64,000 bases of DNA from Bdellovibrionales bacterium RIFOXYD12_FULL_39_22 (GTDB lineage: Bacteria > Bdellovibrionota > Bacteriovoracia > Bacteriovoracales > Bacteriovoracaceae), in NCBI GenBank assembly GCA_001770205.1, contig MEQL01000052.1, positions 1-64,000 on the forward strand, given 5' to 3'. Every line of letters begins with the position of its first letter. Positions within the stretch are counted from its first letter, which is position 1. Below, piece by piece: positions 9,677 through 19,432 of the stretch. The position numbers were made by a program, and so were the translations under genes. The notes below the pieces were generated by a model. It worked only from the letters and a program-made list of their open reading frames with translations. It was not told where the DNA came from and ran no database searches.

Positions 9677-9703
9677 TAACTTCTTTTTAAATTTCACCGA
9701 ATA
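9677..9703 (+). promoter_or_regulatory. Possible sigma28/FliA-type promoter of the gliding operon
   Basis: TAAC-N15-ACCGAATA versus consensus TAAA-N15-GCCGATAA, about 70 nt upstream of the 9771 ATG. Confidence 0.35.
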
Positions 9704-9770
9704 GGATCAAGACAATTACTGTTGGAACTTAAAATTTTCCAACACTATTTATACTTTAAGGAGTCCTGTT

Positions 9771-10595
9771 ATGGAAACTACCATTACCGAGGTCGCAACC
9801 CAGAGTTCTCTATTAAAAGATGTCGCTGTCTTTATGGATGAAGGTGGGATTTTCATGTGGGTTATTCTCTTCGTTTGGGCCATCGGTGTTGCCATCAGCG
9901 TAGAGCGAATTAAATGCCTTTTTTCCAGCGCCTCTGATGGGGCCAGTTTAATGAACATAATAAAAAAACATGTTCTATTAAACGAAGTTCAAAAGGCAAT
10001 TCAAGCATGCTCCAACACTAAGGCCATCTTGCCAAATATTTTACGCGCAGGACTGAAACGGGCCAATCAGACAAAAGAACAAATTCAAGATGCCGTAGAG
10101 GCCGGAATCTTAGAATTTGTACCCAAAGTAGAAAAACGAATGAACTATTTAGGTTTGGTGGCCAACCTATCTACCCTCTTTGGACTTCTTGGAACCATCC
10201 AAGGTTTAATTCAATCCTTTAGTGCGGTGGCCACTGCCGATCCATCCGAAAAATCTAAACTGTTGGCAATTGGTATTTCAACCGCCATGAATACAACCGC
10301 CTTAGGCCTTTTATCGGCCATCAGTATTATGGTTATTCACTCCATCCTCGCAAGCAAAGTTGAAACAATTATAAGTGAAGTAGAGGAGTTTTCGGTTAAA
10401 CTAATCGATCTCTTGGGAACAAAAAAAATGCATTCCCTGAGTGTTGTTAATCAACCAATGCCAGCAGAAGATGCGATGTTGTCCGTCGATGATGCCTCCG
10501 GCATAATTCCACCGCCTGCGGCAAAAAATATCTCCGACGATTTAAATTTACCAGCTCCTCCTAAAGCGCCAGGTAAAAAGGATGATGCGGCGTAA
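9771..10595 (+). CDS. MotA/TolQ/ExbB proton channel subunit (AglR-like)
   Basis: Three TM segments; STLFGLLGTIQGLI and AMNTTALGL motifs; AGGAG RBS. Confidence 0.93.
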   Translation: METTITEVATQSSLLKDVAVFMDEGGIFMWVILFVWAIGVAISVERIKCLFSSASDGASLMNIIKKHVLLNEVQKAIQACSNTKAILPNILRAGLKRANQTKEQIQDAVEAGILEFVPKVEKRMNYLGLVANLSTLFGLLGTIQGLIQSFSAVATADPSEKSKLLAIGISTAMNTTALGLLSAISIMVIHSILASKVETIISEVEEFSVKLIDLLGTKKMHSLSVVNQPMPAEDAMLSVDDASGIIPPPAAKNISDDLNLPAPPKAPGKKDDAA

Positions 10596-10629
10596 AACTT
10601 AAGAGAGATTTTTAAAGTGGAGAGATAAA

Positions 10630-11145
10630 TTGAAGAGAGTTCAAAGAAAAAATAAACCCGTTGACCGTCTAAACTTAACTTCTGTTTTGGACGCAATCTT
10701 CATCTTTATTTTCTTCCTACTACTTTCTGCGCAATTTATAAGCATATTTGAGTTAGAGTCCGAGGCACCTGCGGTAACGACACTTACTAACGAAAAGAAA
10801 GATGAAAAAAAACCTCTGAATTTAACTTTAGAAATACTACCAACACACATTATCGTAAAAACAGGAATGGAGGGCGTAGTATCAATGACAGTGGCAAAAG
10901 ATAAGGAATATGATCTACCTCGTCTTAATGATTTTTTGCGAGAACTTAAAAAAAATAATTCCACCGAATCAACGGTGATCTTCAAACCTGAGGCAACTAT
11001 TCCATACGATGACATAATTAAAATTATCGACATGGTCTCAGAGATACCGCGATCACAGGGAACAATCTCTATTTTGGATAAAAATGGGGCACCAATACAA
11101 ACAAGGATTCTATTTAATAAGGTAGTTTTTGACACTGTAATATAA
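10630..11145 (+). CDS. ExbD/TolR family protein (AglQ/AglS-like)
   Basis: LNLTSVLDAIFIFIFFLL TM with conserved Asp; PY..II..ID periplasmic motif. Confidence 0.88.
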   Translation: MKRVQRKNKPVDRLNLTSVLDAIFIFIFFLLLSAQFISIFELESEAPAVTTLTNEKKDEKKPLNLTLEILPTHIIVKTGMEGVVSMTVAKDKEYDLPRLNDFLRELKKNNSTESTVIFKPEATIPYDDIIKIIDMVSEIPRSQGTISILDKNGAPIQTRILFNKVVFDTVI

Positions 11146-11154
11146 GGATGGATT

Positions 11155-11688
11155 GTGAGATCTGGCAGGTTTAAAAAAATTAAAAGAAATAATATGCAGG
11201 CCGCAGACTTGGATATTACCTCTTTGCTAGATATCATCACTATCCTTTTGGCCTTTTTGCTAAGAAACTATAATCCCTCTGATCTAGAAGTAAACCTGGT
11301 AAAAAATATTGACCCGCCAACTTCCGTTTCCGAACGCATTGGCTCCTCTTCTGTTGTCGTAATGGTTACCTCCGATAAGCTAGTGTACGTTGATGGTAAG
11401 GAAATTGGGAAACTAGATAATATGCAAGTTGAGCAAGGGCTTATGAGTCCACTGCTTGCTTCTCTTACAGAAATAAAAGAAAAATATGACAACGCAAGAA
11501 ATATCGCCTCTGTTTCCCCTCCCTCGCAAGCAAGCATAACCGAAAATGCTCAACCCAAAGAGATGCGCAAAGTAAATATTTTGCTAGACAAAAGTCTGCC
11601 GTACAACGTCTTACGCCTAGTTATGCACACCGCGGCCACCGCGGGATATCCTGAATTTAAGTTGATCGTTAAAGGGATAAATCAATGA
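11155..11688 (+). CDS. Second ExbD/TolR family protein (AglS/AglQ-like)
   Basis: LDITSLLDIITILLAFLL; DKSLPY...VMHTAATAGY. Confidence 0.9.
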   Translation: MRSGRFKKIKRNNMQAADLDITSLLDIITILLAFLLRNYNPSDLEVNLVKNIDPPTSVSERIGSSSVVVMVTSDKLVYVDGKEIGKLDNMQVEQGLMSPLLASLTEIKEKYDNARNIASVSPPSQASITENAQPKEMRKVNILLDKSLPYNVLRLVMHTAATAGYPEFKLIVKGINQ

Positions 11689-14612
11689 TATGGCGAAGCA
11701 TTATTTTTATATTCCTAACATCTTTTTTCCTCTCCACCACACAAAGTGAAGAGGCCAATTCTAATAAACGTCCTGATCCAGAAGAGACAAAAAGAGTAAA
11801 ATTACTCAAACTTATTAATGAAGAAATTAAAACAATTACTACTGCCCGCAATTTAGGCCCACGCTTAAAAAACCGGCTGCTGGAATTGTACACCGAAAAA
11901 TTGGCAATTATAAAAGAACGAGAAAATATCGCCTTTTTAAATGCTAATCCAAATGAGAGAACACGCTTAGGAAAAGCACACTACTTTCAAGAATCAACCA
12001 AGCTTTTTCAACAAACTTTTGACTATGGAAAAAATATCATACGTGATTTTCCAACTTATGTTGACATTGGCGAAGTTTACTACACCATGGCCCTAAACTC
12101 TCGCGATTATGGGGATGGAAAATTCACCGAGTATTTTTTAAATAAAACACTAGAGGCCTCAAAAAAAAGGCCTGATCTTCTCCATGATGCCAAAGTCTCT
12201 TTGGCCGAATACTACTACAACGGAAAGGAATATAAAGAGGCCATTCGCTACTACAACGATGTAATTAAAAATTTAGAAGACGACTGGTACAGTCGCCACC
12301 TCTACAATATGGCATGGTGCTATCTAAAAACTTCCGATCTGGAAAAAGCGATTAGTAATGTCGTATTGGCCTATGATGCTAGCAAAAATAAAAAATATCT
12401 CTCTATCGAAGATCAAATCTTAGAAAATGCTGGAACTTTTTATATCTATGGAAGCAAAGTAGCAGAGGGCGTGACCTTTTACATACAACGAGTAAAAGAT
12501 CCTATCCAATTCCTGCTTAAGATGGCCCAAAGCACAACCGCCAAGGGAAGATTTGACGATAGTCACTTTATTATTCAAAAGGCCACCGCAGTAGCAATCG
12601 CGCAAAAAAATAAAATTGCGGAAGCCGCGATCTATCTTGATGCACTAGATATTTATCGTCAATTCGATAAAGAAGATCTCTACTTCAAGGCCGCAGCAGA
12701 TATCTTCAAAGTAAATAGTCTAGCTCCTATCCTAGAAGAGCAACGTGCTCGTGCAGTCGAAACTATCAAATCCATGGCAGGAATAAAGCAAGTAAAACTG
12801 GCCAAAGATTCCAAACTGCATAATGCAGATTATAAAGAGAGTGACCTAAAAAGAGTTATGGACTATTTTCGCATTTTAAGTGGCCTTGATAGCAGCAACA
12901 AAGATGAATATCAATTTTATCAAGCAGAATCTCTCTTTTCCGTGGCACAATATGCTGAGGCCATCAAGTATTACATTAGCGGCCTAAATTTCTCTAAAAA
13001 AGTTGCTCCCAAAGATCGATTGCCACTGAAGCAAAAAATCTTAGACTCCATGCTAGGTACCATAGAGTACGCTAATCTTCCTAAAGCACAAACTGATCAA
13101 TACTTGCTTTATGCTTATGGAAATTATGTTACCCTTTGGCCTAGACATGAACAGTCACGTAAAATTTATCCCAAACTATTCAACCTCAATATAGAGATAA
13201 AAGATCTAACTGAAGCTGTTTCAGTTTTACAAAAATATAATGCCAACTATCCTGAAGATATTGCTACTCATAAGGCAATGCTGGCCCAAGTTATTGATAT
13301 CTATATTTCTAAAAAAGATGTCGAACGTCTAACCTTCTGGATCAAAAAGCTTAAAAGTGGCTATTTATCTTTTGACAAAAAGTATATCGATAAAGCGACT
13401 CTCATTCTAGGAGATATTCTTTTTGCCAGCTATCAAGCAATGGATACCGCTGGTAATAAAACTGGTGCCATTGCTGGTTATATGGCGCTGTTTAAAAACG
13501 AGGAATATCCCACTGAGATTAAGGCCAAAACTTCTTGGAACATTAGTGTCTTATATCTCGAACAACTAAATGTAGAAGAATCATACAAATGGCTGCTAAT
13601 TGCGCTGGCCAAAAATCCTCCACAAGAAATTGAAAAACTCTACGATAAAATGGATGCCATGGCGGATCAATATTACCTTTTGCAAAACTTTGAAAAATAT
13701 TTAAAAATTGCCAAAATTCTCTATCCAAGAGTTTGCAATACAACTCTGCCAATGAAAACCAAACTCTTTAAAAATATTGTTCAATTTAATTTACTAGAAA
13801 AAAATCCAACACAGGCCATTTCAGAATACAAAGATGCCAATAGATGCCGAATAAACAAAGAAGTTATTGATGAAATGGGAAATTTAATCATCACTATGCT
13901 TTATAAGCATAATGACTATAAAAACTTCTTTAACTTCTATGAGACCTTTCAAGATCGAAACGAATTTGCTGATACTTTTGCTCTAACCATTCTCGAAATT
14001 TATTGGGAGGCAGTGGCCCGCGAAGATCAGGCCATAGGCCAACGAGCGCTGGCAATAATTTCTAAAAATAAAAGCAGTGGTAACAACGAAAAACTTAAAA
14101 TTAGTTCTGGCCCAATTTTTGATAATGAAGAATATAAAAAAGAACTTGCCGAAGTTAAACAAATTGTTCTTCGTGGCCATCGCCCTTTTGTAGAAGAAAC
14201 TTTTAACAGTGAACTTGAAAATTTGTTAACGAAACTCAAGGCCATCACTGATCGTGGGATGAAAATTGTTGCAAAAAAACAACCAGAATCAACCATGATC
14301 ACCTATCTTGGCCTTAGCAATTTATACAAACACATTGGCCAAATGCTACTCAACTTAACACCGGAAGGGGAAGATCTTCCGGAAGAATTTATTCAAGGGT
14401 TTAAAGATCAAATGAGTGGCATGGCAAAAGAGATTATGGCCAATGGCCAACAATATGAAAAAAACATTAAAAGTGGCATGAGCAAAAGTGATATCTTAAC
14501 CATTTACAATGAGGAAATCTTAGGTAATCCAACTTTATTTGAAATTGTAAAAATCAAATATAAAGCAAAAAAATTAGCAATAACCGCTGATAGCGCAAGG
14601 GGTATTCAATGA
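11685..14612 (+). CDS. Large secreted TPR protein (GltD/AgmU-like gliding component)
   Basis: 975 aa; signal peptide; many TPR repeats (LAEYYY...EAIRYY, YNMAWCY); ATGA overlap with the tolR gene. Confidence 0.75.
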   Translation: MIWRSIIFIFLTSFFLSTTQSEEANSNKRPDPEETKRVKLLKLINEEIKTITTARNLGPRLKNRLLELYTEKLAIIKERENIAFLNANPNERTRLGKAHYFQESTKLFQQTFDYGKNIIRDFPTYVDIGEVYYTMALNSRDYGDGKFTEYFLNKTLEASKKRPDLLHDAKVSLAEYYYNGKEYKEAIRYYNDVIKNLEDDWYSRHLYNMAWCYLKTSDLEKAISNVVLAYDASKNKKYLSIEDQILENAGTFYIYGSKVAEGVTFYIQRVKDPIQFLLKMAQSTTAKGRFDDSHFIIQKATAVAIAQKNKIAEAAIYLDALDIYRQFDKEDLYFKAAADIFKVNSLAPILEEQRARAVETIKSMAGIKQVKLAKDSKLHNADYKESDLKRVMDYFRILSGLDSSNKDEYQFYQAESLFSVAQYAEAIKYYISGLNFSKKVAPKDRLPLKQKILDSMLGTIEYANLPKAQTDQYLLYAYGNYVTLWPRHEQSRKIYPKLFNLNIEIKDLTEAVSVLQKYNANYPEDIATHKAMLAQVIDIYISKKDVERLTFWIKKLKSGYLSFDKKYIDKATLILGDILFASYQAMDTAGNKTGAIAGYMALFKNEEYPTEIKAKTSWNISVLYLEQLNVEESYKWLLIALAKNPPQEIEKLYDKMDAMADQYYLLQNFEKYLKIAKILYPRVCNTTLPMKTKLFKNIVQFNLLEKNPTQAISEYKDANRCRINKEVIDEMGNLIITMLYKHNDYKNFFNFYETFQDRNEFADTFALTILEIYWEAVAREDQAIGQRALAIISKNKSSGNNEKLKISSGPIFDNEEYKKELAEVKQIVLRGHRPFVEETFNSELENLLTKLKAITDRGMKIVAKKQPESTMITYLGLSNLYKHIGQMLLNLTPEGEDLPEEFIQGFKDQMSGMAKEIMANGQQYEKNIKSGMSKSDILTIYNEEILGNPTLFEIVKIKYKAKKLAITADSARGIQ

Positions 14613-15547
14613 AAATATCTCTGCTATTTAATACCTTGTTTATCTGCACGGCCTCCCTCATCTATCTATCCTCTTGTTCCTCAACTATTGGACTTGGTAT
14701 TTCCGACAGTAAGTATGATGCCCTTTCAAATGAGTCTCTGCTTCGCTACAATGATGATCGTAAAAAAGTTATCTATAAAAACACTGATAGCTCCTTTCAC
14801 AACGTCCTTTTGTGTCATGATAAAAAATTCACTGAAGGGATAGAGGGCCTAAAAAACAAATTCCCTATCGGCAAAAAAGATCCTGAATATTGGAATCAAC
14901 TGGGAACCTGCTACTACTTAAAAGAAGATTACTTGAAGGCACAATTTTTTTACAATCTCTCTCTTGATGCCGCCAAAAAACAAGGCATCAGCTATCCACC
15001 GGCATATAACAATTTGGGAATAATTTCTATCAAACAAGGCCATCTTCAAGAAGGCCTTGAATTACTGAAAACCGCATCAGAAATGAGTCCATCATTGCTA
15101 ACAGTAACTTTTAACTTATCGCAAATTTATCTACAATTTCACTTATATGATAAGGCCATTACTTTACTCGAAAAATTATATAATAGATCATCGAGTGATA
15201 TTGATGTGCTGGCCTCGCTGGGTACTGGATATCTTCACAAAGGAGACAGTAAAAAGGCCATCTTCTTTTTTGAAAAAATTAATACTCCTTATCAGAAGAG
15301 GATTGATATCTCTACCACTTTTGCCTTGGCGTTATACGTTGAAAAAGATTTTAAACGAGCAAAAGATATTCTCTCCGCACATGATCGAACTCCTTTTGTC
15401 GAATATGAAGAACCTGCACTCCAATTGGCAAAACTTATAGATATGAGGCTTGAAGAAATACGCAAAAAAGAAGAAGAGGAAAAACGCAAGGCCCGGGAGG
15501 CACAGCAGAATAGTTCTAATGCTGCCAACTCTGCAAAGGCCAAGTGA
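14609..15547 (+). CDS. TPR lipoprotein (GltE/AglT-like)
   Basis: Lipobox LSSC; TPRs YWNQLGTCY, AYNNLG, FNLSQIY; operon context. Confidence 0.78.
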   Translation: MKISLLFNTLFICTASLIYLSSCSSTIGLGISDSKYDALSNESLLRYNDDRKKVIYKNTDSSFHNVLLCHDKKFTEGIEGLKNKFPIGKKDPEYWNQLGTCYYLKEDYLKAQFFYNLSLDAAKKQGISYPPAYNNLGIISIKQGHLQEGLELLKTASEMSPSLLTVTFNLSQIYLQFHLYDKAITLLEKLYNRSSSDIDVLASLGTGYLHKGDSKKAIFFFEKINTPYQKRIDISTTFALALYVEKDFKRAKDILSAHDRTPFVEYEEPALQLAKLIDMRLEEIRKKEEEEKRKAREAQQNSSNAANSAKAK

Positions 15548-15554
15548 GGTTTAT

Positions 15555-17411
15555 ATGCTTAATTTACAAAAAGAAATAAAACCCAAATGTCTTAAAATCT
15601 GTAGCTACACGAATGGAATTCTAACCAGAGAATACACTTTAGATAAAAAACGAATGCTGCTTGGCAGAGTTCCTTCTGCAGATATTTCTATAGACAGTCG
15701 TCATATCTCAAACTATCACGCTTTCATCACCCTAGATGAAAATGGTGGTGGAAAAGTAATTGATTTAGATAGTGCTAATGGCCTCTTTATAAATGGAGAA
15801 AAAAAATCCAACTGTTTTTTTTCTATTGGAGATACCCTACGTTTTGGCGATATTGAATTCCATGTTGCCGAACATGCGATTGCAACTGATGTCCAGGATG
15901 ATGATGCCAAGGCAGTTGTAAAAATAGAAGAAACCGGAAAACACTATATTCCGGAATTAGTCCCCATTGATAAATTGGCCATCATCGATGGCGAATATTG
16001 TGACATTGAGTTTGATGAGAAGGAGAATTTTGTCGCTCAAAACACAATGGAGCTTTTAGATAAAAGCTTTGATTTCTCCGATTACGTTGATACCTCTGCT
16101 CCGATTGAATATATTCCAATTCTAAAAGAACACAAGCAACATGCCATAGAAGTTAGTATACTCTCCAATGGTAACATTATCTCTCTTGATTATTTCCCCG
16201 TAAAAAATCGAACATATTATATCTCAAGCGATACCGCTAATGATAGTACTGTGCTGCTAGATTGCCTGAATATCCATGGAAGAACTCCTTTTATTACCAT
16301 AAAAAAAGATAGCATTAAACTTTTTAAAATTCATGGCCTGACGGCAAAAAACCTAATCACTGGCGAAGCAGACCCTTTTGCGGGTAACGAAGTCTTACAA
16401 TGTCGTCCTGATGATGTAATCTCTTACGGAAATAAAACTGTACAAGTGGTAGTTAGGGTCGTTGGTTCACCTCCCACTCTTAAAGTAGCACCCTTTTTTG
16501 GCCGAGACCGAACCTTTAAACTGCATATGACCCTTTATGTTTCCCTTATAATGGCACTGGGAATGCTTCTACTTTTTGTGGATGTAAAAAATTACGAAAC
16601 CCCTCCCGAAAAACAGGTAGCAGTAATCTACAAAGAAGCTGAAAAACCCAAAGAACAACAGATTCCAATGAACACTCAACCAAGCGAAGAGTTACAAAAA
16701 GTGGTTGAGCAACCACAACCGATAGAGCGGCCGGCCCCCAAACCGAAGGAAAAACCCGCACCTCCTTCCAAGGCACCAGAGGTGGTGGCAGAAGCAAAAG
16801 AAAAACCTATGAAGGCGTACTCTTTTAAAATGAATAAATCACTTTCCTCGCTATTTAACTCCAAAAATGTTGCCAAAGTCGATGTCAATCCCACGGCCAA
16901 AAAGATGTTAAATAATAATTTTTCTACTACTGATATTAACCTGAATAACAACAACTTAATTGATAGTAAAAATAAGGCGAAAATAGGGAAAATGGGTGAT
17001 GACTATGTTGGCCGGTATGATAAATCCTCTGGAACCAAAGGCATTGCTTCTAAAAATGGTTTTGATACCGCCTATGTTGAACCCAAAACAGTTGTCCTTG
17101 GTTCTATGGACCCTGAGCTCTTACGTAAAATTTTGACTGAATATCTCCCTCAATTCAGACATTGTTACAATCAAGAATTGATGGAACACACTGAAGAAGT
17201 ACAAGGAACTGTTGATCTTAATTTTACCATAGGCAAAGATGGTAGAGTTACAAGACTAGAACTGGGCTCCAAGGGAATGAAGTTTTCTTCCCGAGGAAAA
17301 GACTGTATGGCCGGAGTATTGAAGGCCATTGACTTTCCTCGGCCCAAGGGTGGTGGAGTTGTAGATGTAAGGCAGCCACTAAATTTTTCTTCGGAAAGGT
17401 CGAATAATTGA
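15555..17411 (+). CDS. FHA + TM + Pro-rich linker + TonB-C-like (AgmX/PglI C-terminal) protein, GltG-like
   Basis: LGR..S..HA..DLDSANG FHA motif; single TM; PAPKPKEKP linker; C-terminal QFRHCY...G.V...F.I...FPRPKGGG; GAGG RBS before ATG 15555. Confidence 0.85.
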   Translation: MLNLQKEIKPKCLKICSYTNGILTREYTLDKKRMLLGRVPSADISIDSRHISNYHAFITLDENGGGKVIDLDSANGLFINGEKKSNCFFSIGDTLRFGDIEFHVAEHAIATDVQDDDAKAVVKIEETGKHYIPELVPIDKLAIIDGEYCDIEFDEKENFVAQNTMELLDKSFDFSDYVDTSAPIEYIPILKEHKQHAIEVSILSNGNIISLDYFPVKNRTYYISSDTANDSTVLLDCLNIHGRTPFITIKKDSIKLFKIHGLTAKNLITGEADPFAGNEVLQCRPDDVISYGNKTVQVVVRVVGSPPTLKVAPFFGRDRTFKLHMTLYVSLIMALGMLLLFVDVKNYETPPEKQVAVIYKEAEKPKEQQIPMNTQPSEELQKVVEQPQPIERPAPKPKEKPAPPSKAPEVVAEAKEKPMKAYSFKMNKSLSSLFNSKNVAKVDVNPTAKKMLNNNFSTTDINLNNNNLIDSKNKAKIGKMGDDYVGRYDKSSGTKGIASKNGFDTAYVEPKTVVLGSMDPELLRKILTEYLPQFRHCYNQELMEHTEEVQGTVDLNFTIGKDGRVTRLELGSKGMKFSSRGKDCMAGVLKAIDFPRPKGGGVVDVRQPLNFSSERSNN

Positions 17412-17490
17412 TAAATAATACTAATGTGATTAAAATAAAATAGTTAATACTATATATAATATAACCTCGGCGAATAAAAAAGGATCTGAC

Positions 17491-18240
17491 ATGGGATATA
17501 GCAAAAAACCTCTAATTTTTATTATATTGGGAACACTCCTGATATTAGAACCAATATTTAAAATCTTATACTTTAAAGCAAACACCGAGTTTCCCTTCGA
17601 GGCCATCATTCGCAACTTAAGCGCCATGGAGGGATTTAAAAATATTTTTGACTTCTGGATACTCTTCCCGCTAGGCGGACTAGCACTTTTAAATATTAAT
17701 CGCTTGACCTATTTTATCTTTTTCGGAGTGCAAATATACTCTATCTACTCTAGTTTAACCTATGAGCCATATACCTGGCCTTATGTGAATGCAACACCTC
17801 ATTTCTTCTCCATGACGATGCTATTCTTCAATGTTATGATAATGCTCTACTTTCTTTTGCCCAGTGTACGAACACCCTTTTTCAATAAAAGATCTCGTTG
17901 GTGGGAGACTGCCACTCGCTATACCATCCATCACCCCTGCACAGTCAACATCATCGACGTTTGCGAACTGGCAGGCTGTGAAATTCTTAACATTTCCAAA
18001 ACCGGTGCTTTAATATATGGGCCCAAAGAAATTTTTGACGAAAATTACATCGATTTATTATTTTCTCCATTGGAAGGAAAATTTAAATTCTCTCTTCGGG
18101 CAGAAGTAGTGGGTAAACATGAAGTGAACAATCGTGATGCCTATCGTCTACATTTTCACTTCGCCAGTATCTGGGAAAATATCTCGCTCAGAAGATATAT
18201 AATGGCCGTCCATAAAAATCATGATGTCCCAAGGAGATAG
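17491..18240 (+). CDS. Membrane protein (about 4 TM) with C-terminal PilZ domain
   Basis: Hydrophobic N-terminal half; RWWETATRY followed by NISKTG (D/NxSxxG). Confidence 0.8.
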   Translation: MGYSKKPLIFIILGTLLILEPIFKILYFKANTEFPFEAIIRNLSAMEGFKNIFDFWILFPLGGLALLNINRLTYFIFFGVQIYSIYSSLTYEPYTWPYVNATPHFFSMTMLFFNVMIMLYFLLPSVRTPFFNKRSRWWETATRYTIHHPCTVNIIDVCELAGCEILNISKTGALIYGPKEIFDENYIDLLFSPLEGKFKFSLRAEVVGKHEVNNRDAYRLHFHFASIWENISLRRYIMAVHKNHDVPRR

Positions 18241-18246
18241 ATATTT

Positions 18247-19017
18247 ATGAATATAGCTACTAACATTCGACTGCCACTTCTTTTCATTTTTTTGGGGATC
18301 ATCCACCTACTCTTCCCCTGGATAATGCTCTACATCTTAAAAGAGACCTCGACACTAGATTGGGAAAACTTCATGACTCACGTGACTGCCAACACAAAAG
18401 GTATTTCGTGGTTTAATTTCTGGCTTCTCTATCCTCTGGCGGGAGCGGCAATAATTTTCGCCCACCGTTTTACTTATCCAATAGTAATTGGTGCACATCT
18501 CTACTCAATCTTCTCTTTTTTATTAAGCGAACATATCAATTGGGGATTTCTTACCACGCAAATAAATGTCTCTCCCCTATATATTGCCATCTTTGATATC
18601 GGAGTTATTCTATATTTTTTGGCACCAGATTCCGCTCGAGTATTTTTCATGGCCGGCTCGAGATGGTGGGACACCAAAACTAGATATGTGACGGAGATAC
18701 CTTGTTCTGTTTTCTTAAACGAAATCCAGGAAATCAAAGGTTGCACCATCAGAAACATCTCACAGTCTGGCGTTTTTGTCATGGGAGATCTACCCAAAGT
18801 AAACTACATGAACAACGTGCTTCTAAAATTCTCCTTCCAATCAAAAAATTATAACTTCAAATGCGATATTGTCGGGAATCACACTACCAATAATGGCCTT
18901 GGACACGGATTAAAATTTATAGACAACTCTCTGGCCCAAAGTTGGCGACTAAGAATTCTTATTTGGAAAGTTAGTAAGAGTTCAGACGTAAAACAACGCT
19001 GGGAAGTTACCATTTAG
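18247..19017 (+). CDS. Paralogous membrane-PilZ protein
   Basis: Same layout; shares FW.L.PL.G with the previous gene; RWWDTKTRY; NISQSG; HGLKF. Confidence 0.8.
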   Translation: MNIATNIRLPLLFIFLGIIHLLFPWIMLYILKETSTLDWENFMTHVTANTKGISWFNFWLLYPLAGAAIIFAHRFTYPIVIGAHLYSIFSFLLSEHINWGFLTTQINVSPLYIAIFDIGVILYFLAPDSARVFFMAGSRWWDTKTRYVTEIPCSVFLNEIQEIKGCTIRNISQSGVFVMGDLPKVNYMNNVLLKFSFQSKNYNFKCDIVGNHTTNNGLGHGLKFIDNSLAQSWRLRILIWKVSKSSDVKQRWEVTI

Positions 19018-19057
19018 CTATGCTTTAAAACTAACCACAAAAATAGTGAGAAATAAT

Positions 19058-19432
19058 ATGTCCGAAATAAAAAGAAAAATAATGGTAGTAGAAGATGAAG
19101 AGTCTATTCGCGAGATCTATGGCGACTATCTTTCTGAATATGATGTTGCCCTTTTTGCTAATGCTACTGACAGTTTAGCAAAAATTACAGAAGTAAATCC
19201 CGAACTATTGATTGTTGATTTAGGCCTTCCGGATATGGACGGAATCGTTTTTATTGAAAAGATCCGAGCAACTTTTTCACAAAAGCTTCCGGTCATAATA
19301 ATTTCTGGCCGAATTGATATAGAATATTGCATTCAGGCCAATGGACAGGGAGTTACCGACCTCATAACCAAACCTTTCGATAAAACTCAACTCACAGATT
19401 TAGTCAAAAGAACTCTTCCTCCACTGGCCTAA
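19058..19432 (+). CDS. Single-domain response regulator (CheY-like)
   Basis: VVEDE, LIVDLGLPDMDG, IISG, TKPF. Confidence 0.93.
   Translation: MSEIKRKIMVVEDEESIREIYGDYLSEYDVALFANATDSLAKITEVNPELLIVDLGLPDMDGIVFIEKIRATFSQKLPVIIISGRIDIEYCIQANGQGVTDLITKPFDKTQLTDLVKRTLPPLA

Noticed and set aside
10641..11240. 199-aa minus-strand ORF over the tolR genes, and the many other short antisense ORFs in the track
   Set aside because: Shadow frames of well-supported genes with Ser/Phe/Ile-rich mirror composition and no RBS or motifs
15450..15554. Basic N-terminal extension of the FHA/TonB-C ORF
   Set aside because: Overlaps the upstream gene; ATG 15555 has a GAGG RBS directly after the upstream stop
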